Of a DNA stretch of 64,000 nucleotides, positions 19,456-28,117 are shown piece by piece. The notes beneath the pieces were generated by a model. It saw only the letters and a program-made list of their open reading frames with translations. It did not search any database and had not been told where the DNA came from. Source of the stretch: an uncultured Chroococcidiopsis sp. (GTDB lineage Bacteria > Cyanobacteriota > Cyanobacteriia > Cyanobacteriales > Chroococcidiopsidaceae); assembly GCA_964248365.1 (NCBI GenBank), contig CAXTYC010000023.1, positions 11,598 through 75,597 of the forward strand. The letters run 5' to 3'. Each line of letters begins with the position of its first letter. Position 1 is the first letter of the stretch. Position numbers and translations under genes: made by a program.

Positions 19456-20781
19456 ATGAATTTACAAGCTATATCTCAAAAAAAAAGAAAGGGATATGTC
19501 CAGCTTTCCCATTTGTTAATGTTGGCGTTTTGCTTGGCTTTTTATCCCCGCGTTCTCACTTTATTAAAAATTCCATCATTTGTTAATCTTTTACACCTGA
19601 TAATTATTCCAGGTATTTGTTTATTTACAATACTTAAAACCCGAACTAGAAGTAAGAGCCAAATTGCCATTTCAAAGGCGTTAATTTTTGGCATAACTAT
19701 CTTGTTTACAGTAATGGTTGCTAGCGCCCTTTTAAATAGGGCTGGATTTATCAATGTAATCGTAGATTTTTTGCTTCTGTGCGAACCGTTCATGATGTTG
19801 CTGGCATTCGTAAGCATTCCCATGTCTCCAACCAAAATTGAACAAATTCGCACTTTGCTAATTTATTCTGGCTTTATTAACACCTTGTTTGCCTTTGTTC
19901 AGCACTATATTCTCAAGCTGCACCTCCGCCCTGGGCAAGAAGATAACATCAAAGGAGTATTTATCGCACAAGGAGCAGGTCACGTTATAGGCGCTTCGGT
20001 TGCATTGACCTTTGGTCTGTATTATTTTTTCAATGCTAAGACTGTTCCCCTGTGGCTCCGCGCATGTGTATTACTTGCTACTTTTTGGCATATAATACTT
20101 GCTGATGCCAAGCAGGTGTTGCTAGCTTTTTTGGTAGGTGGGTTACTTCTATTATTAACTAAGTTCAAGGATATTGGACAGGCAATAAAGTACCTTTCAG
20201 CTGGAAGTGTAATTGTTTTACTGTTAGTTTGGTGTCTAGAAAATGTGCCTGCTTTCTCTGCATACAAGACTTGGCTCAGACCAGAAATCTATGGTCCTGA
20301 TGGTGAAGCTACCAAACTCAAGTTGGCGACATTTTCAATCGTTCCTTCATACTATCATTCACCCCTAAATCCTTGGCTGGGTCTTGGACCTGGTCATACC
20401 GTTGGGCGCTTAGGAGGATGGATGCTTAGAGAATATGAAGCTTTATTGACACCTTTAGGCTCTACTACCCATCCTGCTAGCAATGCTGTGTGGGCAGCAA
20501 CAGCAGCAAGTTGGCTCGGAAACCAATCGAGTATGTTCTCGCCACTGTTTGGCTGGGCTGGTATCTGGGGCGATTTAGGTTTTTTAGGGCTAGGAGCATA
20601 CCTGTATCTCGCGTTTTTAGTTTGGCATAAGCTTTGCTTGAATGACTTTTCCAAATTTTTACTATTGTGTGTATCTGTTTTTGGTCTGATTTTTTCTCAA
20701 ATGGAAGAACCTGGTTATATGCTATTTGTGGCAACCATAATCGGTCTTCAATGGCAAGAAAAACGATACAGAAGAACTTAA
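19456..20781 (+). CDS. Polytopic membrane protein, probable Wzy polymerase / O-antigen-ligase-like
   Basis: About 10-11 hydrophobic segments with a large loop containing GLGPG, then GIWGDLGFLGLG; located in a Wzx-containing cluster. Confidence 0.65.
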   Translation: MNLQAISQKKRKGYVQLSHLLMLAFCLAFYPRVLTLLKIPSFVNLLHLIIIPGICLFTILKTRTRSKSQIAISKALIFGITILFTVMVASALLNRAGFINVIVDFLLLCEPFMMLLAFVSIPMSPTKIEQIRTLLIYSGFINTLFAFVQHYILKLHLRPGQEDNIKGVFIAQGAGHVIGASVALTFGLYYFFNAKTVPLWLRACVLLATFWHIILADAKQVLLAFLVGGLLLLLTKFKDIGQAIKYLSAGSVIVLLLVWCLENVPAFSAYKTWLRPEIYGPDGEATKLKLATFSIVPSYYHSPLNPWLGLGPGHTVGRLGGWMLREYEALLTPLGSTTHPASNAVWAATAASWLGNQSSMFSPLFGWAGIWGDLGFLGLGAYLYLAFLVWHKLCLNDFSKFLLLCVSVFGLIFSQMEEPGYMLFVATIIGLQWQEKRYRRT

Positions 20782-21362
20782 AATTAAATAGATACCGCAA
20801 ATATACAAAAAGCAAAAACACTGCTAAAAGATTGGACATCTGAATATTTGTATTGGACGTTTCCAAAAATTAAAGCCAGCCCTAATAACAAATCGCGTAT
20901 ACGTTAAGCCCCACAAATCACCCAAGAGGCGCGACGTTTCGGGAAAGAAGCTTCTTTCCCGAAAGCTCGCAAGTCGTGGCTTTAATTTATGGAGAATTCT
21001 ATTAAAGCTGGGGCAGTTGTCGGGGTTTTTGATTGAAAACACCGCAGCAGCAGAATTTGTCCCCCCTACACTTGTGAAGGTTTCATAAACTTTTCAGTAA
21101 GTTTATGTAAAATTACGCAAAGTAGCTAAATAGACATGGTATAAAAAATACATATCCTTGAACCTGTGTGAATTTTAGGAATTATGTTAGTCGAAAACGA
21201 GTGGCAATCTGGGCTATAGCCCAGAATTGGTAAAACTTTTTTGCTGACTCGTTAAGGGTTGTTTGCTTTAAACAATTGTTATTCGTACTAGACTAGCAAT
21301 CTGGAAAATTCAGAAATTTCGCCAGTCTGACAGGTTATTACTTATAGCTTTTGTATTTATAG

Positions 21363-22706
21363 ATGAGTGTTCTTATGAATCTCAAATCCATCTATGCTCG
21401 TATTGGCATATCTGCTCGTACGCGCATTGTATTTATTAGTGTTTTATTCTTTCTTACTGGGCTAATTATTTTTACTGGGCTATCTATTTTTACTCAACCA
21501 GCTAGTGCAATTAGTTTTACAACCAACAGTGTTCGACCAGCAGATGTACTCGATTACGAGGCACTAGGTTACACATATGACACACTTTCTATCCAAGGCA
21601 GCAATAGAAATCTAAAGGTCAGAAAAAATGCTGCAAGTTTGAACTCGGGCGAAATCAGCAGGTTCGTCAATGCCGTTTTAAGCTTGAAACGGACAATGAC
21701 TTCAGGCAGTGATGGCACGCGAATTAGTATATACGATCAGTTTGTAGCAACGCATTTAGGAACCACAGACGTAGCGGGGCGTATAGGTCCAGATGGCAGA
21801 CGTTTTTCAAGTCCTGCTCATGGCAATGCTGCCTTTCTACCATGGCATCGTGAATTTCTATATGAATTTGAACACCTTTTGCAGGTAGTAGATCCGTCCG
21901 TAACAATCCCCTACTGGGATTTTACAGATCGTAATACAAGAAACATTATCTTCCAGAACAATTTCATCGGACCTAATGGCGGTGCTTCTGGAGTAGGCGG
22001 TGGTGCGGTACAGTCTGGTTTTTTCTCAGCAGCTAATGGATGGCGGCAAAGAAGAGACTTGAGTAGCAACACATGGGCAGGGAGATCTACCGATACCCAA
22101 CCACTTACACGCTATATGCGTTCTCCTGATAGATTACCTACTACAACTCAGGTCAATCAAATCCTTGCCCAAACTTCCTATGATGCGTTTCGCGGTTCCC
22201 TGGAAACTACAGCACATGCTGGAGCCCACCTGTGGATGGGAGGCTCGACGGCAAATGTCTCAACTTCTCCCAACGATCCAACGTTTTGGCTGTTGCATGC
22301 GAATGTAGACCGCATCTGGGCTGAATGGCAAGTGGATGGACATTGGGGTAGCGATTGGTATACTAGGACTGGTAAACCTTTCGGACACAACCTGAATGAC
22401 ATGATGTGGCCCTGGGATCAAGGTCGCATGAGTGCTGCGGCTGATTTGCAAGCCTTAATACCCAGTCTATCCTCAGTTGAAGCTAGAACTCGCCGTTCAC
22501 TACGTTCAGTTGAATTTAGGGTTGCCAGTAGTCCAGAAGAGTTAATGTCAGATCACAACCGTCATTTGTACAATCCATTTGACTCTCAGGGTGAACACGA
22601 GATGCATCACCATATGCTTTGTGAGGCAAATACATCGAGCGATATGCAATGTGACAACAACACAGACAACATTGCTGCTGCCTCATCCATCCTTCCTCCA
22701 GCCTAA
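21363..22706 (+). CDS. Secreted tyrosinase-family (type-3 copper) protein
   Basis: CuA: VATH, SPAHGNAAFLPWHREFL. CuB: TAHAGAH, SPNDPTFWLLHANVDRIWAEWQ. N-terminal hydrophobic segment ending PASA. Confidence 0.9.
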   Translation: MSVLMNLKSIYARIGISARTRIVFISVLFFLTGLIIFTGLSIFTQPASAISFTTNSVRPADVLDYEALGYTYDTLSIQGSNRNLKVRKNAASLNSGEISRFVNAVLSLKRTMTSGSDGTRISIYDQFVATHLGTTDVAGRIGPDGRRFSSPAHGNAAFLPWHREFLYEFEHLLQVVDPSVTIPYWDFTDRNTRNIIFQNNFIGPNGGASGVGGGAVQSGFFSAANGWRQRRDLSSNTWAGRSTDTQPLTRYMRSPDRLPTTTQVNQILAQTSYDAFRGSLETTAHAGAHLWMGGSTANVSTSPNDPTFWLLHANVDRIWAEWQVDGHWGSDWYTRTGKPFGHNLNDMMWPWDQGRMSAAADLQALIPSLSSVEARTRRSLRSVEFRVASSPEELMSDHNRHLYNPFDSQGEHEMHHHMLCEANTSSDMQCDNNTDNIAAASSILPPA

Positions 22707-22877
22707 ACGTCTTTGCTATTTTAATTAACTAGGTGAAGCGCTTTCCGTTCCTCTCAGGAATATAGAACTTATCTGTGAAAGCTACATTTCTGAGGGGAGA
22801 TGGTAAGTGGCATCGTTTACTTAGCACCCTCGTCAGTCTTGAGAAATTCTCAACTGAATACAACTTAAGGATTCAGA

Positions 22878-23345
22878 ATGTTGAAATTAATAGGCTTGAG
22901 TGCAACTTTATTTACTAACACTTTTGTGTTTTTGTCTGGCGCTCAATTGGAGGCGATCGCACGAGAGCCTGATTACCCTTGCTACATGATTGCTCCCTCC
23001 GGCCAAACTGTAGATTTATCTAACTCCCTGTGTAGTTTCGGACATAATATTGTTGATACTAGTGCTAATATTGACGACTTATTCTTTGCTGATTATAAGC
23101 AAGCTCTAATCAAAAAGTATCCAAACTTAAATAATGTTTTGCTGGAGCAACAACCTGAAGCGTTTGGGTATGCTCATGCTGTTTGTAATGGTCTGAAGTC
23201 TGGGCTTTCTCCTAATGTAATTCAAAGTTTACAAAACGAGCAAATTGTTAATACCATTTCTGGAAGAAACACGATTGTTGACTTAGAATTGATTAATTTT
23301 TTAGCTCCTAAATACTATTGCCCACAATTCAAGCAAGGTAGGTAA
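22878..23345 (+). CDS. Secreted hypothetical protein (CYM..G..VDL..LC motif plus DUF732-like C-terminus)
   Basis: Signal-like N-terminus; PCYMIAPSGQTVDLSNSLC; YAHAVCNGLKSG...APKYYCP. Confidence 0.6.
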   Translation: MLKLIGLSATLFTNTFVFLSGAQLEAIAREPDYPCYMIAPSGQTVDLSNSLCSFGHNIVDTSANIDDLFFADYKQALIKKYPNLNNVLLEQQPEAFGYAHAVCNGLKSGLSPNVIQSLQNEQIVNTISGRNTIVDLELINFLAPKYYCPQFKQGR

Positions 23346-23852
23346 ATCACAATTTTGTCAAAATCATTACAAAAGCACTGTTATTAAGCAATATTTGGCA
23401 TAACTAATTTTTGTCTAGCTGATTACAAGTTTATAGCTGAGCGCTATCACCCTTATGCTTATTTTTTATTTTTTCAAGTCATCAACTATAAATTTACATA
23501 AAAATCAAAATTACACTAACAAATAATCTTTTAAATATCTTAAAAATACGGTATTTTTTATTACCTTTAACTATATATTTTTTTAATAAAGCGCTGCTAT
23601 TAGTCCGTTCAAACAGGTTTTTTGGATGTATTCTATATTAATACTCCTCAAAAAATTGAATTTTACTTACAGTTACTAAGATTAGCATAACTTTTTTGTT
23701 AGTAAATCATAAGTAATTATTAATAATTAGAACTGCTACTTTAAATAAGTTAGCACTAGTTATTTGTAAGGTTACACAATTATTAACTTTATAATCAACT
23801 TTTTTGAGAAAGTGATTATTTGTTTATTCTGGAAAATTAAGGATTAATTTAT

Positions 23853-24722
23853 ATGCTAATGAAAGCTGATACAAAGCAAATAAAGAATCAAGCCAAATTA
23901 GTACTTACAAATCAATTTCAAGCTTTAGATCTAACAAAGCTAAAAGCTACAAATTCTCAAATAACTACGCATGACATTGATGTGATAGGCTCACCTGTGA
24001 CAGCTGCACCTTTCGATGTCCAAATAGAAATGATGTTGGAATGGGCTAGTAGCCGTGCAAGTAAAGTGGTTTGTGTAGCAAATGTCCATATGCTGACGGA
24101 AGCTTATTGGCATCCAGAGTTTAGCTCAGTCTTAAAAAATGCAGATATGGTGACACCTGATGGTATGCCCTTAGTTTGGATGCTGAAGCTAATGGGAGCG
24201 CGTGATCAAAATCGTGTGGCTGGAATGGATATTTTATTGTCTTTGTGTAAGCTCACTCCCCAGCGAAACATTAGTATTTTCTTCTTGGGTTCCCAGCCAG
24301 AAATTCTGGAGAAAATGAGCAAGAAATTAAAGTGTGAGTTTCCTAATTTGCAAATAGCAGGGATGGAGCCATTACCCTTCCGTCCACTTACACGAGCAGA
24401 GGATGAGGCTCTGATCCAAAAGATTCATAACAGTGGATGTGGCATAGTTTTAGTGTCTCTTGGATGTCCAAAACAAGAGTACTGGATGAATCAACACAAA
24501 GACAAAATTCAGGCTGTGATGATTGGGGTGGGGGGAGTTTTCCCAGTGTATGCAGGAATTGTGAAACGCGCTCCCTTATGGATGAGGAATTTAGGATTAG
24601 AGTGGTTTTATAGGTTCGTTCAAGAGCCGCGTAGACTGTGGAAACGATACGGAACTACTATCCCTCCTTTTATTTGGTTAGCTTTAAAGCAGTTACTCAG
24701 CTTAAAGCTAAAATTGGGGTAA
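23853..24722 (+). CDS. WecB/TagA/CpsF-family glycosyltransferase (GT26)
   Basis: ANVH, PDGMPLVW, RVAGMD, VSLGCPKQE, LGLEWFYRFVQEPRRLWKRY. Confidence 0.92.
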   Translation: MLMKADTKQIKNQAKLVLTNQFQALDLTKLKATNSQITTHDIDVIGSPVTAAPFDVQIEMMLEWASSRASKVVCVANVHMLTEAYWHPEFSSVLKNADMVTPDGMPLVWMLKLMGARDQNRVAGMDILLSLCKLTPQRNISIFFLGSQPEILEKMSKKLKCEFPNLQIAGMEPLPFRPLTRAEDEALIQKIHNSGCGIVLVSLGCPKQEYWMNQHKDKIQAVMIGVGGVFPVYAGIVKRAPLWMRNLGLEWFYRFVQEPRRLWKRYGTTIPPFIWLALKQLLSLKLKLG

Positions 24723-24889
24723 GTAGGTGCTTTAATGGCGGCGAGGCTTGCTTAAAGGGCGCAGCTGTACACCGAAAGACTGCCACAATTATATAATGTG
24801 TTGACATAGCAAACTTGACTTAACTGTGGCAATCTGAGAAACAGATAGCAAATCTGATATTCTCGCTACAAAAATAAAGCTAATAGGTT

Positions 24890-26116
24890 ATGCAGACGCT
24901 GCCCAATCCAGCTACCTCTCAAGCCGCCAACCGTCAACTCTCGACTGACACCACCATTCACCGCCGCCAGACGAGGGCGGTGAAAGTTGGTAATGTCGCC
25001 ATTGGCGGTGGCTACCCTGTCGTAGTGCAATCGATGATTAATGAAGACACTCTGGACATAAATGGCTCAGTTGCAGCCATTCGTCGCCTACACGAAGTTG
25101 GCTGTGAAATCGTCCGAGTGACAGTACCAAGTATGGCTCACGCCAAAGCCTTGGCAGAAATTAAGCAGAAATTGTCTGCAACTTACCAGTCAGTACCACT
25201 AGTTGCAGATGTACATCACAACGGCATGAAAATTGCCCTGGAAGTAGCAAAACACGTTGATAAAGTGCGGATAAATCCAGGGTTGTACGTATTTGAGAAG
25301 CCTAAAGCCGATAGAACCGAATATACTCAAGCGGAATTTGATGAGATTGGTGAAAAGATCCGTGAAACCTTAGAACCGCTTGTGATTTCCCTGCGGGATC
25401 AGGGTAAAGCCATGCGGATTGGCGTTAATCACGGTTCCTTGGCTGAGCGTATGCTGTTCTCCTATGGCGACACTCCAGAAGGCATGGTAGAATCAGCGCT
25501 GGAATTTATTCGCATTTGTGAATCTTTAGACTTCCGCAATCTAGTTATCTCCTTAAAAGCGTCGCGGGTTCCTGTGATGCTAGCTGCTTATCGCTTGATA
25601 GTACAGCGGATGGATGAACTGGGGATGGACTATCCTCTGCATCTGGGTGTAACAGAAGCTGGGGATGGTGAATATGGTCGTATCAAGTCAACCGCTGGAA
25701 TTGGTACACTTTTAGCTGAAGGAATTGGCGACACCATCCGAGTATCACTTACAGAAGCACCAGAAAAAGAAATTCCTGTTTGCTACAGCATTCTGCAAGC
25801 ACTCGGCTTGCGCAAGACAATGGTGGAATATGTTGCTTGTCCTTCTTGTGGACGCACTTTGTTTAATTTGGAAGAAGTGCTGCACAAAGTACGGGAAGCA
25901 ACAAAACACCTAACTGGTCTTGATATCGCTGTTATGGGTTGTATCGTCAACGGTCCTGGCGAAATGGCAGATGCTGACTACGGTTATGTTGGTAAGCAGC
26001 CAGGTTACATCTCTCTGTATCGTGGCAGAGAAGAAATTAAAAGAGTACCTGAATCTCAAGGGGTAGAGGAATTGATTAACTTAATTAAAGCAGACGATCG
26101 CTGGGTTGATCCTTGA
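24890..26116 (+). CDS. ispG: (E)-4-hydroxy-3-methylbut-2-enyl-diphosphate synthase
   Basis: [45 protein letters not shown]. Confidence 0.97.
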   Translation: MQTLPNPATSQAANRQLSTDTTIHRRQTRAVKVGNVAIGGGYPVVVQSMINEDTLDINGSVAAIRRLHEVGCEIVRVTVPSMAHAKALAEIKQKLSATYQSVPLVADVHHNGMKIALEVAKHVDKVRINPGLYVFEKPKADRTEYTQAEFDEIGEKIRETLEPLVISLRDQGKAMRIGVNHGSLAERMLFSYGDTPEGMVESALEFIRICESLDFRNLVISLKASRVPVMLAAYRLIVQRMDELGMDYPLHLGVTEAGDGEYGRIKSTAGIGTLLAEGIGDTIRVSLTEAPEKEIPVCYSILQALGLRKTMVEYVACPSCGRTLFNLEEVLHKVREATKHLTGLDIAVMGCIVNGPGEMADADYGYVGKQPGYISLYRGREEIKRVPESQGVEELINLIKADDRWVDP

Positions 26117-26300
26117 GGGGCTAGGGGCTAGGGGCTAGGGGCTAGAGAAGAAAAATGGACTAGGAACTAGGGAAATAGTAATTAGTGTAAGTTACAAAGA
26201 TTTCTCAGTCCTACCAGTCAAAGTATACTAACCCCGCGCTTCCTCTAACCTCTAACCCCTCTTCTTCCCCTAGTCCCTAGTCCCTAGCCCCTAGTCCCTA
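26117..26300. repeat. STRR-type heptamer arrays in inverted arrangement
   Basis: (GGGGCTA)x4 at 26117-26144 and (CCCTAGT/CCCTAGC)n at 26268-26300. Confidence 0.9.
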
Positions 26301-26358
26301 TTTGCTGTGCTAAATTGGGCATACTCGGTTCGCATTTTCCTCCGGCTCAGCAGTTATT

Positions 26359-27651
26359 ATGGTCATGAAAAAGCGTGGAATCTTGTTAGGTGCAACAGCG
26401 GTGATGCTATCAACAGCTGCCGTTACCAATCTTAGTGTTCACTCACAAAGTCAAGCTTTCTTTCGTGAAAGCCCGAAAGAATTAGTAGATGAAGTCTGGC
26501 AGATTATTGACCGCCAGTATGTGGATGGCACTTTTAACAAGGTAAATTGGCAGAGTGTACGTAAGGATTATCTGAGCCGTTCTTACACTAACAACGAGGA
26601 TGCTTACAAAGCTATCCGGCAAATGTTGGAGAAACTGAAAGATCCTTACACTCGCTTTATGAACCCAGAAGAGTTCAAGAGTATGCAAGTGGACACTTCT
26701 GGAGAACTCATTGGCATTGGCATCCAGATTGGTGCGGATGATAAAACTAAGCAGCTGACTGTAATTTCGCCAATTGAAGATACACCCGCCTTTGCTGCTG
26801 GTCTTCTCGCCAAAGACGTTATTACCAAGATTGATGGTAAAAGCACTAAGGGGATGGATGTCAACCAAGCAGTATCTCTGATTCGGGGACAGCCAGGAAC
26901 GAGTGTAAGGCTGACAGTACTGCGGAACGGTCAGCCGAAGGAATTTCAGATTAAACGAGCAAGGATCGAAATTCATCCAGTAAAATACAGCTATCAAAAT
27001 AGTCCCATAGGCGGCGTGGGTTACATTCGCTTGAATCAATTTAGTGCGAATGCTGCTGCGGAAATGCGTAATGCAATTAGAGATTTAGAAAAAAAACAAG
27101 TGGCTGGGTATATTTTGGATTTACGTAATAATCCAGGCGGCTTGCTTTTATCAGGTGTGGAAATTGCCCAGATGTGGCTCAATGACGGTACGATTGTTTC
27201 AACAGTTAATCGTCAGGGGAAACAAGACATTGAAAAGTCCGATCACCGCGCTTTAACGAATAAGCCCTTGGTAGTGCTGGTAAATGATGGCTCAGCTAGT
27301 GCAAGTGAAATTCTCTCTGGTGCATTACAGGATAACAAACGTGCTGTTTTAGTAGGGGAAAAGACGTTTGGTAAGGGCTTGGTGCAATCGGTACGAAGTT
27401 TGGGAGATGGTTCGGGGTTAGCAGTGACGATCGCTAAGTACTATACTCCTAGTGGTCGTGATATTAACCATGCAGGGATTGCTCCCAATGTAGAGCTAAA
27501 ACTGACAACACAGCAGAAACAAGCGTTGTTCCTACGCAATCGTGATAAAGTTGGTACACCAGCAGATCCCCAGTACGCTAAAGCACTAGAAACCTTACAA
27601 AAGCAAATCGCCTCCAAAAGTAGCCCTCAAGCCCAGTCGCTACCAAGGTAG
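26359..27651 (+). CDS. S41 carboxyl-terminal processing protease (CtpB/CtpC-like rather than D1-specific CtpA)
   Basis: DPYTRF, PDZ (GIGIQI), LDLRNNPGGLL, SASASEILSGAL, TFGKGLVQ. Confidence 0.93.
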   Translation: MVMKKRGILLGATAVMLSTAAVTNLSVHSQSQAFFRESPKELVDEVWQIIDRQYVDGTFNKVNWQSVRKDYLSRSYTNNEDAYKAIRQMLEKLKDPYTRFMNPEEFKSMQVDTSGELIGIGIQIGADDKTKQLTVISPIEDTPAFAAGLLAKDVITKIDGKSTKGMDVNQAVSLIRGQPGTSVRLTVLRNGQPKEFQIKRARIEIHPVKYSYQNSPIGGVGYIRLNQFSANAAAEMRNAIRDLEKKQVAGYILDLRNNPGGLLLSGVEIAQMWLNDGTIVSTVNRQGKQDIEKSDHRALTNKPLVVLVNDGSASASEILSGALQDNKRAVLVGEKTFGKGLVQSVRSLGDGSGLAVTIAKYYTPSGRDINHAGIAPNVELKLTTQQKQALFLRNRDKVGTPADPQYAKALETLQKQIASKSSPQAQSLPR

Positions 27652-27784
27652 GGACTAGGGACTAGGGGCTAGGGGCTAGGAAAACAGAGATGGGGGAGAT
27701 GGGGGAGCTGGGGGAGAATTCCTAATCCAAAATCCACGCATCCAAAATCCAAAATTCCCCAGCCTCTAGCCCCTAGCCCCTAGC
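27651..27784. repeat. STRR-type heptamer arrays in inverted arrangement
   Basis: GGGACTA/GGGGCTA run at 27651-27680 and TAGCCCC run at about 27757-27784. Confidence 0.9.
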
Positions 27785-27786
27785 TA

Positions 27787-27972
27787 CTAAATGGGTTGGC
27801 ATTTACCTGCTCGGATTAAGCCAATGCGCCGAGCAAAAGCTTCATCTTGAGAAGTAAATGGTCCCCAGCGTTCTTGAATGGTTGAATTCTCCAGGGTTAT
27901 TTGATTGCTGGAGATAATATCACAATGCCCATCTGTACGCTTGACAACGTACCAAGTTTGTGTATTTGTCAT
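27787..27972 (-). CDS. Small conserved cyanobacterial hypothetical protein
   Basis: WYVVKRTDGHCDI...WGPFTSQDEAFARRIGLIRAGKCQP resembles a recurrent cyanobacterial mini-protein. Confidence 0.7.
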   Translation of the reverse strand: MTNTQTWYVVKRTDGHCDIISSNQITLENSTIQERWGPFTSQDEAFARRIGLIRAGKCQPI

Positions 27973-28117
27973 TGGATAGATGATAGTTAGCCGATTTAAA
28001 TTGGGGCGAGTTTTACAGATATAACTGTGAGATCACCCATATGGTGGTTTTCCTCGCCCCTACTGTGTTGCCTTACCAATAACTAGGGAAATTTTGCTCC
28101 TAATACATGATGAATCT

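Noticed and set aside
20824-21042. 72-aa minus-strand ORF in the wzy-tyrosinase gap
   Set aside because: No recognisable motif or ribosome-binding site; it spans a palindrome and is probably spurious.
13531-22706. Scytonemin cluster (tyrA plus tyrosinase are both scytonemin-cluster genes)
   Set aside because: No scyA-F, trp, aroB/aroG or ebo genes in the window; the context is polysaccharide synthesis.
26117-26300. STRR and REP runs as CRISPR repeats or IS ends
   Set aside because: They are heptamer tandem arrays or short hairpins without unique regular spacers or a transposase.
27787-27972. Transposase (similar small proteins are sometimes auto-labelled DDE transposase)
   Set aside because: 61 aa, no DDE motif, no terminal inverted repeats or target duplication.
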